Assembly (NCBI GenBank): GCA_010909165.1
Contig: MU008186.1
Span: forward strand, 558,001 to 622,000
Length of the DNA: 64,000 bases
Source of the DNA: Anthoceros angustus
Taxonomy: Eukaryota > Plantae > Anthocerotophyta
Reading direction: 5' to 3'
The translations under genes were made by a program, and so were the position numbers. Below the pieces are notes generated by a model. That model saw only the letters and a list, made by a program, of their open reading frames with translations. It ran no database searches and was not told the DNA's origin. This document shows, in pieces, positions 24,361-38,202 of the stretch (its first letter is position 1; each line of letters opens with the position of its first letter).

Positions 24361-27300
24361 TTAAACCTGTGTTCGAGTTCACCAGCATGTTATTGAGACT
24401 GGAGGCATTATTCCGGACTACTGATCGTTGCCCCACCCTGACGGTCTCTTACCGGAGTGGTCTACATTAGTGCAGCAAGTTATCAAGCTGCTGGCGTGCT
24501 CGACGCAGGCTCTTCAGACGATATCACAAAATTGTACAGTGCTGGCACTTGAATTGATCGGTGAGTACCTGCCCCATCTGGAAGTGGCTTCCACGACCGA
24601 ATTGGTTAATAGGGTGGGAGGCGTAGAGGCGTGGTAGCAGCAGCGGAGTAGTAGGCGTACCTGTCCCTTTGGCAAGGGCGCGGCGTGAAGGCTGTCTAAA
24701 AGCAACCTCGTGATGTTTGTTGGCTTGCTTCGTGAGCCGAGGTTGCTGCAACGAAAGACGGAGAACGTAAGTAAGCATGCCTAATGTAGGCCTGTAGGAG
24801 GAAGAGCCACCCATCTTGGACTGCTACATACCTCTCCAAAGGAGACGTGTATTGGTGGTACTGGGTGGTGTTCCGGCAGCTGCAGAAAGCGTTGGCCGTG
24901 AGGATGAGGCAGTTCTTGGGATTCTCATCGATCGGGTTCGTGGTCACTGCGCCTCCCAAGCCCTGCCTGCCGGGGCGCCACGGCCAAAGGAGAGCCAGGC
25001 CATTAGGCGACCAATCTCTGTACATCTCACAAACGGCGAATTACAAATGATAGCTTAACATGGATAGCTGGATTACAGCAATTGTGCCGTTAGGATCGTT
25101 GTGAAGATTGGGGTAGCTTAGGTACACATAAGTTCGCATGAATTTGTTAAACACCAAAATCCCAACCACATGGACAGAGATTAGGGCAGCACTATCCACA
25201 TCCTTGAGCACTCTACGGAAATGAGGCAACTCAATTTTCTTCTGGTCCATACCATCTATCGCAATCCCTATGTACTTGGCCTGCTGACCATGAGAGAGCT
25301 TGAAGAGGAGGGAACCGAGGTGACGTGGTAGGTGAACCCAGGGACTTCCACGACCGAATTGGTTAATAGGGTGGGAGAGGCGTAGAGGCGTGGTAGCAGC
25401 AGCGGAGTAGTAGGCGTACCTGTCCCTTTGGCAAGGGCGCTTAGCGTGAAGGCTGTCTAAAAGCAACCTCGTGATGTTTGTTGGCTTGCTTCGTGAGCCG
25501 AGGTTGCTGCAACGAAAGACGGAGAACGTAAGTAAGCATGCCTAATGTAGGCCTGTAGGAGGAAGAGCCACCCATCTTGGACTGTTACTACATACCTCTC
25601 CAAAGGAGACGTGTATTGGTGGTACCGGGTGGTGTTCCGGCAGCTGCAGAAAGCGTTGGCCGTGAGGATGAGGCAGTTCTTGGGATTCTCGCGATCGGGT
25701 TCGTGGTCACTGCGCCTCCCAAGCCCTGGGCGCCACGGCCAAAGGAGAGCCAGGCCATTAGGCGACCAATCTCTGTACATCTCACAAACGGCGAATTACA
25801 AATGATAGCTTAACATGGATAGCTGGATTACAGCAATTGTGCCGTTAGGATCGTTGTGAAGATTGGGGTAGCTTAGGTACACATAAGTTCGCATGAATTT
25901 GTTAAACACCAAAATCCCAACCACATGGACAGAGATTAGGGCAGCACTATCCACATCCTTGAGCACTCTACGGAAATGAGGCAACTCAATTTTCTTCCGT
26001 CCATACCATCTATCGCAATCCCTATGTAACGGTTGGCCAGGTAGAGTCAAGCTTGAAGAGGAGGGGCGAGGTGACGTGGTAGGGAACCCGGAGGGACTTC
26101 CGCGATGCTTCGCCATTTTCCCCGCGCTCCATCCGTTGTTGATCCCGTGATAATTGAGGAGTTCTCTGCTTTATCCGCACATACAAGGGCCACCATCAAG
26201 ACGCACTGCACAATGCAAGTGTTCCCGCATCTGGCCCAAAGTCATCTTCGTACAAATCCTAAGCCCAAAAGGCCTTAGGGTTTGCGCACACGCCTACCAA
26301 GACACACCACCCAATCACCGGACATCCCTGTTTATAGTGATGAGGTAGAGGATTCTGATTGTACCTTGCTCTATGTCGCTCCTCGCTTTTTATTTTAGCT
26401 TTTAATTTCTCACAGACATACGTAATCGAGAAGCGTTGGATCTTGGTATTTTAACAGACCTAAAGTGCCGTATCCACAACTTGCAAAATAGTCAGAACAT
26501 ACATGTGTGGTAATCGCTCTTGCTTGTTGTCTAGCATACTCAATGTAAATCTCCTCCTTTGTGAATGTATCAGTTGAATACCAGACAGTCTTTCCACATT
26601 TCCTTTGAAAACAAATCCATCCACATCACACTGCACTATACAGTAGGAATTTTACCAGCTGGATCGCGAAAACCTCACCCCTTTTGTACTGGTCCGAGCA
26701 TTCCACACCGAGTGCCCCAATGCAAAAACACGGCAAAATTCCCTCACACATACCGAAACCTTTCCATGTGGTAGCTTATTCAAATGCATCCACACACACG
26801 GTTCCACCGCATCAACTGTCTTGCAAATGCTGCCTCGCCCCCTTAGTCATCGAAAAGGCAAGCCACCGCCATGTCCCTTTGGCAAGGGCGCTTAGCGTGA
26901 AGGCTGTCTAAAAGCAACCTCGTGATGTTTGTTGGCTTGCTTCGTGAGCCGAGGTTGCTGCAACGAAAGACGGAGAACGTAAGTAAGCATGCCTAATGTA
27001 GGCCTGTAGGAGGAAGAGCCACCCATCTTGGACTGCTACTACATACCTCTCCAAAGGAGACGTGTATTGGTGGTACCGGGTGGTGTTCCGGCAGCTGCAG
27101 AAAGCGTTGGCCGTGAGGATGAGGCAGTTCTTGGGATTCTCGCGATCGGGTTCGTGGTCACTGCGCCTCCCAAGCCCTGGGCGCCACGGCCAAAGGAGAG
27201 CCAGGCCATTAGGCGACCAATCTCTGTACATCTCACAAACGGCGAATTACAAATGATAGCTTAACATGGATAGCTGGATTACAGCAATTGTGCCGTTAGG

Positions 27301-30300
27301 ATCGTTGTGAAGATTGGGGTAGCTTAGGTACACATAAGTTCGCATGAATTTGTTAAACACCAAAATCCCAACCACATGGACAGAGATTAGGGCAGCACTA
27401 TCCACATCCTTGAGCACTCTACGGAAATGAGGCAACTCAATTTTCTTCCGTCCATACCATCTATCGCAATCCCTATGTAACGGTTGGCCAGGTAGAGTCA
27501 AGCTTGAAGAGGAGGGGCGAGGTGACGTGGTAGGGAACCCGGAGGGACTTCCGCGATGCTTCGCCATTTTCCCGCCCATCCGTTGTTGATCCCGTGATAA
27601 TTGAGGAGTTCTCTGCTTCTATCCGCACATACAAGGGCCACCATCAAGACGCACCACGCCAATGCAAGTGTTCTGCGTGGCCCAAAGTCATCTTCCAAAT
27701 CCTAAGCCCAAAAGGCCTTAGGGTTTGCGCCGCCTGCTCTACCAAGACACCACCAATCACCGGACATCCCTGTTTAGTGATGAGGTAGAGGATTCGGATT
27801 GTACCTTGCTCTATGTCGTCCTCGCTTTTTATTTTAGCTTTTAATTTCTCACAGACAACATGCATAATCGAGAAGCGGTTGGATCTTGTATTTTAACACC
27901 TAAAGTGCCGTATCCACAACTTGCAAAATAGTAACATACATGTGTGGTAATCGCTCTTGCTTGTTGTCTAGCATACTCTATGTAAATCTCCTCCTTTGTG
28001 AATGTATCAGTTGAATACTCGTATTGGAGTCTTTCCACATTTCCTTTGAAAACAAATCCATCCACATCACACTGCACCATACAGTAGGAATTTTACCACT
28101 GGGATCGGAAAACCTCGTCCCTTTTGTACTGGTCCGAGCATTCGACGAGTGCCCCAATGCAAAAACACGGCAAAATTCCCTCACACATACCGAACCTTTC
28201 CATGTGGTAGCTTATTCGACCATCCGGTCACGACACACACGGTTTCCTCTTCAATCACATCAACTGTCTTGCAAATGCCTCCCGCTCCCCTTAGTCATCG
28301 GGCCAGCCGGAGCCTTGCCATGTGTCACTTTTCCTATGCACTTTCTCACTGACCCTCCTCAGTTGCACAAAGCACGACTTCTCGCCAAAACATTGTCCAC
28401 CTTAATCCTTGCAAGATGGTTCTTGGTGGAACACATAACCCCAAAAATGGACTGCAACTCCAACCCCTCGACTTAGGATTAGCAGGAGCAAGATTGCAAC
28501 CGCCAGAGGCCTCGTTCACCTCCTCTCCAAACAAAGGCAATCGGATCTCGTACATTTGGTCTCTCCACGCTGTAACCTCCTTGACCCACTCGCGAACTCC
28601 AAACCAAAATCGACGATGCCATGCACTTTCTCACCACCCGACCAAAGAACACTCTCTCGCCCGATTCGCGGTCTCGATTGTGGCTGCGGTGAAACACAAC
28701 GTTGAAAATACTCCTGCGACCCACACATGGATCCGCTGTAGGCGCCACCATGTCTTGTACAAACGTTGATCAAAATAACGGTGACCCTAATTATTGCCAC
28801 GAGAGACTTGGTGGTACACAACATTGTTTCGTTAAGCGGCAACGCGCAAGTTCCTATTTATCACAGATGTCACGGGTGCAAAGTCTAGAAGCCACGTAAT
28901 GCAAGAACAAACAAAGGACTAAACTCAAATTCCAATGAGCAGCCTGCTCTGCTGAGCAACAAGAAAACAAAATAGTGCCATCACCCAAACAAGTGCAGCG
29001 ATTTTTGCGTGATGGTTGCCGCCGGCGCTCGTTAGCCCGCCAACCAGAACCATCACGCATTCAACGAAGAGAAACAATTAGGAGGCATGAGGGCAATGCC
29101 CTACGGTTTGTCCACTGAAAGCATAGAATATGAGCCGTTTCTTATAGTCCCTAGGTAGCCCATTTCCTAGTACCCATTAAGATGATGGCGCTACTAACAC
29201 GACCAAAGTTCTAGCACATCAACATAATGCTCACATTATATTCTCACATGTTCACATAATGCTCACATGTGAACATAATGCTCACATGTGAACATAAGGT
29301 ATAATGTATCATAAGGTTAAGCTATGTATTGTTCACATGTGTACACCGCAAATAGAAAATATATAAGTTGCAAAAATTGAGAACGGAATTGTAAGAAGTG
29401 AGGTATTGTAGGTAATGGATGCAGTGCTTTGAGCGGATGTTGATTCCCTCTTGAGTACGGACTCGCTTCCCATTTCTTGGAGTGCAATTGAGATGTTCAT
29501 ATCGTCGTGCTTCTTATAAAGAGGAAGATTGGCGGCTTCTTATGACCGGAAGATTGACCGCAAGATTGACGGCTTCTTCGACGGGAAGATTGACCGCTTG
29601 CCTTAGATTGTAGGAGGTCATGTTTTGACAATCCTCGATTCCTATGCCCATGTCTCTTGCATCCAAGATAGGACCGTAATCTTGGTAACTCACATTCCTA
29701 TAACTCTTTATTTTGTACAAGAATTATAGGTTCTGGTCATCTCATTTGCAAGAACCTTCCTCATTCTGCTTACCGCTTGGACATTTATATATGATATGTA
29801 ATCTAAAAAAGTACCTATAATTATTCTAACTAATTTTACTTACTGCTCGAAATCACCCACTTACCTCATGATCCACCTACATATGTGCCAAGGAAACCGC
29901 CTTATAGGTGCAAAGAAAACCGCATGTCAAGCGGTTTCCTTTGTACATAAATGGATCTTGCTCCCATGTTTCAAATCCAACTGTTCTAGGTTTTGTCATG
30001 ATGTGGGGATATGGGCGTACATAGGTAGAAGATGGTAACATGGGGAGTTTGTGTTGCTCTTATAGAAACTCATGGTAATACAAGAACCGAAACTTTTGCG
30101 AAGCTGTAGCCGGTCCCGATCCCAAGTGCTTGAACAAGCGCGTAATGGCTTCATAGATGGCCTTTGCCTTGCATTCCTCAGGCTAAACGTGCTTCTAGTT
30201 TTGAGCTGGCGATCCAGCGGCTTACAACTATGTTATGTTCCTGGAACCAAGACACGGTCGATCGAGCTACCAGTGCGAGGTGCACGCCTTTCATCATCGG

Positions 30301-31222
30301 GCAACACCCTGCCGTTTGTCTGCCTCTATGTCTCACTCTCTGCTAGGATGGAGCTGGCCATTTGGGATGCTTGCGATTGAGGAGACGTGGTGATGAAGGG
30401 ACAATTAGGCAGCTCGGCCTGTCAACGAGATCATGGAATTCTGTGCGCAAGGGACAAACGCAGTCCATCGTCAGGCATTCCGTGGAGGAGCTGAGCAGGC
30501 GTGCACTGCGAAGCGTTGTGGAAGCATTGCAGTTCCTGGTGGAGCGGGAAAATGTGCTCCATCTTGTGCTCAAGCGGTGCATGGAGGAGACGGCTTTAGG
30601 GCTTGGGCACATTCACGGGCTAGGACACCTTGAGCAACAATGTCTTATTGGCTCGTCTGCATGTCGCCTATGAGTGTGGAGGCGTGAAGAACCGAAAGCA
30701 CTTGCAGCCTGGTGGGAGGACATTAGCAGAAGGCCTTCCGCAAACAAGTATTTGCCCTCTCTCCTATTGCCCTTCTCGCTACACAATAGCCTGTTGTTGT
30801 CTTTCAATGCCAGAAATGGAGAAAGAAGAAGCTTACGAAGATGTAGGAATGTGGGCCGTTCTAAATACTCCATTGTATAAACAAGGCTGAAACATCCATC
30901 TGGCGTCAGTTTATCCAATTGGTGCTATCCTGTGCAATTTCAACTGGTCCTCTTTAATATCCACTGCCAAGTGTGTCACTGCTGATTGATCCCGGTTTTT
31001 CTTCGCCTAATCTAGGTTCATTTGTCTTGCCTATGACTAGATTTCATGTAAGGCCGAATGTCCGTCGGGTGAGCTTTCTCTAGAACTTGTACCAATTTGG
31101 CACCATGGAGAGAAGCTAGAACTGAGGTCCCGCAGCTATCGTTGTCACACGGGTGTTTTGGAATATGTAGGTGCTTCCTTCCAATTCTGTAGATTCTGTT
31201 TCTGCCAATGGCACTTGGCTAC
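23282..31222. repeat. Segmental duplicate of 1-7190 with internal rearrangement
   Basis: Matching ORFs at offsets 23281 (171/23452, 808/24089) and 24154 (5360/29514, 5918/30072). Similarity ends after tggcacttggctacaactt at about 31222. Confidence 0.93.
24364..29100 (-). mobile_element. Second copy of the DGMDQ transposon, transposase region internally triplicated
   Basis: IAIDGMD(Q/G) motif at ~25250, ~26005 and ~27455. Jump-back junctions at 25345-25349 and 26872-26877. Confidence 0.65.
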
Positions 31223-31239
31223 AACTTGCTTCCGATTCC

Positions 31240-31841
31240 GTGCTGTTCTCGATTGTGGCCTGCGGTGAAACACAACGTTGAAAATACTCCTGCGACCCAC
31301 ACAGTGGATCTGTTGTAGGCGCCACCTTGTCTCCCTCTGCGCGGCCAGGACACACCCGCTTGGCCCGGGGATTTGGATATGGGCAAAACATCCTCGCCAA
31401 CTTCTTTGCACCTGGTGACTTGAACAAGCCAGGGTAAATGGTACCTGGGGCCGAGGCGGGCCAAGATTGCGGATATCGGGAGGGATACGGGCGCGCCTCT
31501 CTTGTTCACGGCGGTACGAGCTACCGCCGATCCACATGGTCTGCAATTTCTTCGATCGCGCTTCGTTAGGTGTCCACCGGGATCGAACAAAACAAGTCTC
31601 CATCGCGCGCCTCGTCCTATATACCACCCTGCAGCGGTGTCATCCAAGTCGATGTGCCGGGCTCTTCTTCGACCACGAGACATTCACCGGACGTCCGCGG
31701 TTCCCACAGTTGTCCACTCAGCGCTGCCGCCAAGTCCACGATGTCGGACTCTGACACATGCCCGAGATCTTCATCAGCAGTCACTAATCTGTCGTTCACC
31801 AAATCAAAGAACTCTTCCTCTGCGCTGAGGTCACTGGCCAT
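31240..31841 (-). pseudogene. Transposon-related ORF start (acidic N-terminus MASDLSAEEEFFDLVNDRL...)
   Basis: 31240-31325 shares the GRRSIFNVVFHR-encoding block with 4465-4550 and 28660-28750, both upstream of the DGMDQ transposase. Confidence 0.4.
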
Positions 31842-33602
31842 TGTGCGCTACCAAAGAGTAGCCGAAAGTGCTGGTCACAATGTGCTCGGCGGGAAGGCGG
31901 CCGACTAGACATGTTCTGAGACTTGTATCCAGCTCTCAGTGCCCGCTCTGTAATCAATTACAACAATTGGCCCGGATATGCGAATTGCGGCCGGATCTGG
32001 CGGTAAAGTCGTTAATTAGATTGCAAGGATCGAGGAGCCAGGAGGTTATGCAAAAGCGAAACATGTTTAGATATGGCAAAACATGGAATATTCTCATAAA
32101 TATGCTTTACTACTTGTTTTGCGGATGTGCCTTTGGAGCGAATGAAGGCTAAACTTGGCGATCGGGCATTGGATGATTTCCCATGCGAGTGGAATTCCAT
32201 GCGATCCGGCGATGTAAGTAGTTGGCTCTTGCACATCGTGACCCCACATCATACTACCTTCCTCCCCGCTGGAAGACCGATTTTGGTGCCAACTGGAGAT
32301 GGTGGATATATTGAGCGAGGACAAAGCGATGATTTGTCTCTTATCCCTCGTATTCAGCGTGAATCGGAGTGTCTCATCGTCGCAAGGTTCATTGAAGGTC
32401 AACCTTTGCTCCAACCTCACAGCCATCCTATGTTTCCACGAAGAACATACCGAGGTGACTAGTTGATGTCGCCTTCTTTCGACAATCCTTGATGCTTGCA
32501 GTCAATTATGTGCTCACCTAATGTAATACTTGCTAATATGTCCAATGTTCTCCTTGCTACAATGGGTTGTTTGCCACAGATGGGCCCTCAAAACAGGAAG
32601 CGGAGCAAAGGCGCCAAACCCGATGGAGCGCTAGCGGTGGAGAAAAAAACGGACCAGGCGGCAGGCCGGTGATTCACAAGGCCCCATGGAGACTATGACC
32701 AGTCCAGATCCGAAGGCATCGAAGATGCATACCCTGACAGCTATGAACCCGCGCCCCACGACCACGTCCCCAACTAGAGCAACTTTCCAAAGTCCTTACA
32801 AGCAAGCAGAAATCGACATGATCGGAACGATGCTTCAGGACAACTCTCCTTTCGATATATCGCACAGGAGTTGGACTATGCAACAACGTCCTACATGACG
32901 GTTGGTATTTCTGTACCTCTTGGGTGCAGCAGAAGCCTCTTCAAAGCCCTCATGTCTTGGTGCTATTTTGTTCACACAATTCGTGGAGAAGGATGACCAA
33001 GGGTATGTAATTTTTTTGTGCACGCTGAAGACCAGCCAGCTTCTAAAACTTGACCCCAATGTCGTCCGCGTCTACTCAGCTGTGATCAAGAATTTTGACA
33101 TCGGCTTGCCGGAGCGTCGTGAAGCTGCTGCAGGCTTGCGAAAAATGATGGGCACAGAGTTTTCCACAAGGTAATGCACCAAGTTTGTTTAGAAGGCATT
33201 AGGCAGGCTGCTGGTACGCTGTCGGATTCAGGTGTAAACCCACCCGTCGCCGCAGTGGGAGGTAGTGGATCATCGGCCGGTGAAAGGCAGCATGTCATGG
33301 CAAATCGACTTGACGGGAATTCGAAGCAACCAAGCAGTGCATCTGCCGGGAAGCATCTTGTAGATGGCGGGAATCATCTCACAAGGGCATCTACAGGAAA
33401 GCAACCTAGCAGTTTCTCAGCTGGGATGCAACCGAGCAGTGCACCTGCGGGAAAGCATCCCTGCAATGCCATGGTGGGGAAACATCCTAGCATTGCATCT
33501 GCTCAGAGGTCTGCAGTACAACCAATTGCAAATGATCGGCGGCATCGTCGGTTTCGTCGGCCCGATCGTCGTGCCGGGGCCGTCCGGGTTTTGACTGTGA
33601 GA

Positions 33603-35160
33603 CTTTGTGATTCTTCAAGGCTCTGAAGGAAGCTAGCTTGACCGGGTATGACGAGGATATGGAGAACGACGGTGAGGATACAGAGGACTATGCAGATGGC
33701 GTCCTACCCGCCGAGGAGGACGAAGATGATCAAGACGGCAAAGATGGGTCAGAAGCTGTGAAGGAGACCTGCGAGGCTAACGACAATGAGCATGACCTCG
33801 AGGTCCTGTCCCCACTACACGATTGTTCATAGCGGTCTTCAGGGGTTATGTTGGATCGCAGGAGGGTGCAGGCAGAGTCGCCGCCCGTGGAGAAGGCATC
33901 AAAGGCGGCGAGAGGAGGAGGGCGGAGATGGCAAACCAATCGATGAGAAGGCGCAGTTCATGTAGTGGCAAAGCCAAGAAGGCAAGGGCAAACGGGAGAA
34001 GCTTGCAATTGCAAGAGTCGAGGAGGAGGATGAACCGCTTCCCGTGTTTGTGGAGATTGCCAAGGATAGCGCGTGGCTGGCGATGACGAGGCTTGCTGCC
34101 ATCAAAGCAGATGCATGCCGAGACGTGGAAAGAGATGGTATAGCAATGAAGAGAGTGTGGGAGTCTACTCTGAAGCTGCCAATCAAGTGTTGCACTTCCA
34201 GGAATTGTACGGCCGGTGAGGAAGTTGGATCTCGCATGGGTAGAGGCTTTGATGCAAAAGATGAAGCATTGTCCCGGGTGGGTGGTGTGTTGCCCATGGT
34301 TGTGGTTGTGGATCGTGTGCATGATGGTGGAAAGAGGAGAGAGAGGAGGAGGCAAATTTCTCTCTCACATTGGGATGAGGCTTTAGGGTATACCTTCGTC
34401 CCTAGGAAGCTCCAGCCCCGGAAGGAGAGGAAGCTTTGTGATTCTTCAAGGCTGTATGGAAGCTAGCTTGACATGACGAGGATATGGAGAACGACGGTGA
34501 GGACAGAGGACTATGATGGCGCCCTACCCGCCGAGGAGGACGAAGATGATCAAGACGGTGAAGATGGCTCTGAAGGAGACTGCGAGGCTAATGACGATGA
34601 GCATGACCTCGAGGTCCCGCCCCACTGCATGATTGCTCATAGCGGTCTTCGTGGGTTTGTTGATCGCAGGAGGGTGCGCAGAGTCGCCGCCTGTGGGAAT
34701 GCATCAAAGGCGAGGAGGAGCCGGAGATGGCAAACCAATCGATGAGAAGGCGCAGTTCATGTAGTGGCAAAGCCAAGAAGGCAAGGGCAAACGGGAGAAG
34801 CTTGCAATGCAAAGCCGGAGGAGGATGAACCGCGTGTTTGTGGAGATTGCCATGATAGCGCAAGACGATGAACTCGCCATCAAAAGTATGTGGAGACGTG
34901 GAAAGAGATGGTATAGCAATGAAGAGATGATCGTCGCCAATCAAGGCAAGGAATTGTATGCAAGTGGTGAGGAAGTTGGACGTGATGGGTAGAGGCTTTG
35001 ATGCAAAAGATGAAGCATTGTGTGGCTGGTGTCTGCCATCTGGTGCGGCAAGATCGTATCATGATGGTGTAGAGAAGAGGAGGAGGATCACTGAGAGAGT
35101 GGAGGTATTATACTTCATCAGGTTAGGAAGCTCCACAAAGAGAAGGAGCAGAAGCTTTAG
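33603..35160. repeat. Diverged ~830 bp tandem duplication (acidic and basic coding blocks)
   Basis: ctttgtgattcttcaaggct...atgacgaggatatggagaacgacggtgagga at 33603 and 34434. Confidence 0.85.
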
Positions 35161-35711
35161 TGATGTAAAACGATCTTGTCACACCTAACTTAGACTAAGG
35201 GGAGTCAGTACATGGGCATACCCTTTGATCCGTCACGCTATCAAAGAAGACGCTGAGAATGAGATTACATTTTTCGTCTTAGGGGAAACCATTCCTTCAG
35301 GGCAAGGTCCATTGCCTCATCTGCATCACTAGTGGAAGAGTACAAGTGGATGGATGCATATGTGCTGGACTCACCGAGGACGAGATGAGGATCGTAGCCA
35401 CGGACCACAACACCATAGCGAGATGCCGGAAGACATTTACCTTCATGGACGAGTCGGCGGTGTCTCGGAGGTCGAAGGTTTGAAGTGTGGCGTGGATTGG
35501 AAGTTGATGTGTATGCATTAGGCAAGATCCCCAAGTGGGATGCGATAGCAGAAGGTTGATCACGCACGTGAATGACACCTTTGGATTATTGTGTGGCAAA
35601 GTTGGCGAAGAAGTGTGGAGGTATGTGGACGAGATTTTGAGAAGTGGGAATGCATCAAAGGGCGAGAGGAGGAGCCGGAGATGGCAAACCAATCGATGAG
35701 AAGGCGCAGTC

Positions 35712-37549
35712 CAAGAAGGCAAGGGCAAACGGGAGAAGCAATTGCAAAGAGTCGGAGGAGGATGAGCGGAGAGAAGGAGGAAAGAGAAGCTGCCGCCATC
35801 AATGGGAGACGAAAGAGATGGTATAGCAATGAAGAGAGTGTGGAGGTATGTGGACGAGATTTTGAGAAGTGGGAATGCATCAAATTGTACGCGTGGTGAT
35901 GTTGGATCTCGCATGGGTAGAGGCTTTGATGCAAGAATGCAAGTGTTGCATGGTTGTCGCGAAGGATCGTAGCGATCAAAGAGGAGAGAGAGGAGTGAAC
36001 TCTCTCACATAGATGAGGCTGAGGATTTATATCAAGTGGTAGGAAGCTGTTAGGAAGGAGGAAGCTTTAGTGATTAGTCAGCAAAAAATGATTGTCCCAA
36101 CTGTGTGTTGTACATGGTTTTAATTGTGATCCGTCACAATGTGCTACAAGAGAATTTTGACGTTGAGAAGGTGGATGGGGATTACATTTTTCGCCTTGGG
36201 GGAAACCATTCCTTCCGTGCAAGGTCCCTACTGCCTCATCTGCACTACCCAGTGGAAGAGTACAAGTGGATGGATGCATATGTGCTGGACTCACCGAGGA
36301 CGAGATGAGGATCGTAGCCACGGACCACAACACCATAGCGACGCCAAGACATTTACCTTCATGGACCGGTGCGCTACATCGTAAGTGAGGCCGCCCCTGA
36401 GGTCGAAGGTTTGAAGTGACGTGGATTGGAAGCTAGATGTGTATGCACGACGGTGATCCCCAAGTGGGATGCGCCCAAGCATGGCCCCAAGGTGCGTGAT
36501 CACCGTGGACAATAGGACACCGGATTATTGTGTGGCAAAGTTGACGAAGAAGTGTGGAGGTATGTGGACGAGATTTTGAGAAGTGGGAATGTAAGCAACC
36601 ACCGAGCAGATAGATGCCGAGCACTAGCAGTGACAAGAAGGCAAGGGCAAACGGGAGAAGCAATTGCAAAGAGTCGGAGGAGGATGAGCGGAGAGAAGGA
36701 GGAAAGAGAAGCTGCCGCCATCAATGGGAGACGAAAGAGATGGTATAGCAATGAAGAGAGTGTGGAGGTATGTGGACGAGATTTTGAGAAGTGGGAATGC
36801 ATCAAATTGTACGCGTGGTGATGTTGGATCTCGCATGGGTAGAGGCTTTGATGCAAGAATGCAAGTGTTGCATGGTTGTCGCGAAGGATCGTAGCGATCA
36901 AAGAGGAGAGAGAGGAGTGAACTCTCTCACATAGATGAGGCTGAGGATTTATATCAAGTGGTAGGAAGCTGTTAGGAAGGAGGAAGCTTTAGTGATTAGT
37001 CAGCAAAAAATGATTGTCCCAACTGTGTGTTGTACATGGTTTTAATTGTGATCCGTCACAATGTGCTACAAGAGAATTTTGACGTTGAGAAGGTGGATGG
37101 GGATTACATTTTTCGCCTTGGGGGAAACCATTCCTTCCGTGCAAGGTCCCTACTGCCTCATCTGCACTACCCAGTGGAAGAGTACAAGTGGATGGATGCA
37201 TATGTGCTGGACTCACCGAGGACGAGATGAGGATCGTAGCCACGGACCACAACACCATAGCGACGCCAAGACATTTACCTTCATGGACCGGTGCGCTACA
37301 TCGTAAGTGAGGCCGCCCCTGAGGTCGAAGGTTTGAAGTGACGTGGATTGGAAGCTAGATGTGTATGCACGACGGTGATCCCCAAGTGGGATGCGCCCAA
37401 GCATGGCCCCAAGGTGCGTGATCACCGTGGACAATAGGACACCGGATTATTGTGTGGCAAAGTTGACGAAGAAGTGTGGAGGTATGTGGACGAGATTTTG
37501 AGAAGTGGGAATGTAAGCAACCACCGAGCAGATAGATGCCGAGCACTAG
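35712..37549. repeat. 922 bp near-exact tandem duplication containing the ParB-like segment
   Basis: Identical ORFs at 36067/36989, 36105/37027 and 36139/37061. Confidence 0.92.
36105..36390 (+). pseudogene. ParB/Srx-like domain (copies also at ~35220-35450 and 37027-37310)
   Basis: DGDYIFRLGGNHSFRARSLL...WMDAYV, then after a frameshift AGLTEDEMRIVATDHN...KTFTFMDR. This fits the ParB-N pattern GxH(R)xxA ... LxxxExxxxAxxxN. Confidence 0.6.
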
Positions 37550-38202
37550 CAATAAACAAAGGCTACAAGGAAGTCGAAATGCAGCCGAGAGATCTTGTGG
37601 TCATCGATGTGAAGGAATCGGATGTTCCGTGAGGTGGAAGTGTTTTCGGTGTCGAGCACTCGGCGCAACAACAATTTGAAGAAGGCATGCATGAAGGTTT
37701 TGGCTGGAGAAATGAGCTTGAAGCAAATGCAAGAGTGGGTGGAGAAGGCCAAAAATTGAACCTCATTCACATCACCCTTGCGAAGAACTTGTGAGACTTT
37801 CCAGTTAGGGATCGATACCCTCAATACGACGGTGGAGCGGATCGCAACTTTCAACGGCATTCAAAAATATGGTAAGTGATATGGATAAGCAAGCCGGTGC
37901 ATGTGATATGTACCATACACAAATTTGCTTGTTGGCGCAGGGTTTGTTTCCACGTCTGACAGTTGGAACTTTGCCATTGCATCCAGCGGGCCAATGCCTG
38001 TCTCGAGTGGAGTGCACTCCCTGACAATTTCAAGGAACATGTTTTGAAAGCCAAAGCTTGGAGGATAATGGCAGATGAGCAGCGACAATTGTTGGAGGCC
38101 TCCAATTCCGAAAAGTTAAAGACTTTCAGGGATGAGAGAACTGCAGGTAGGTATAGTATGTGGCAACATCGTGCGGATGGCCCGTTCTAGAACCCCGTCC
38201 GT

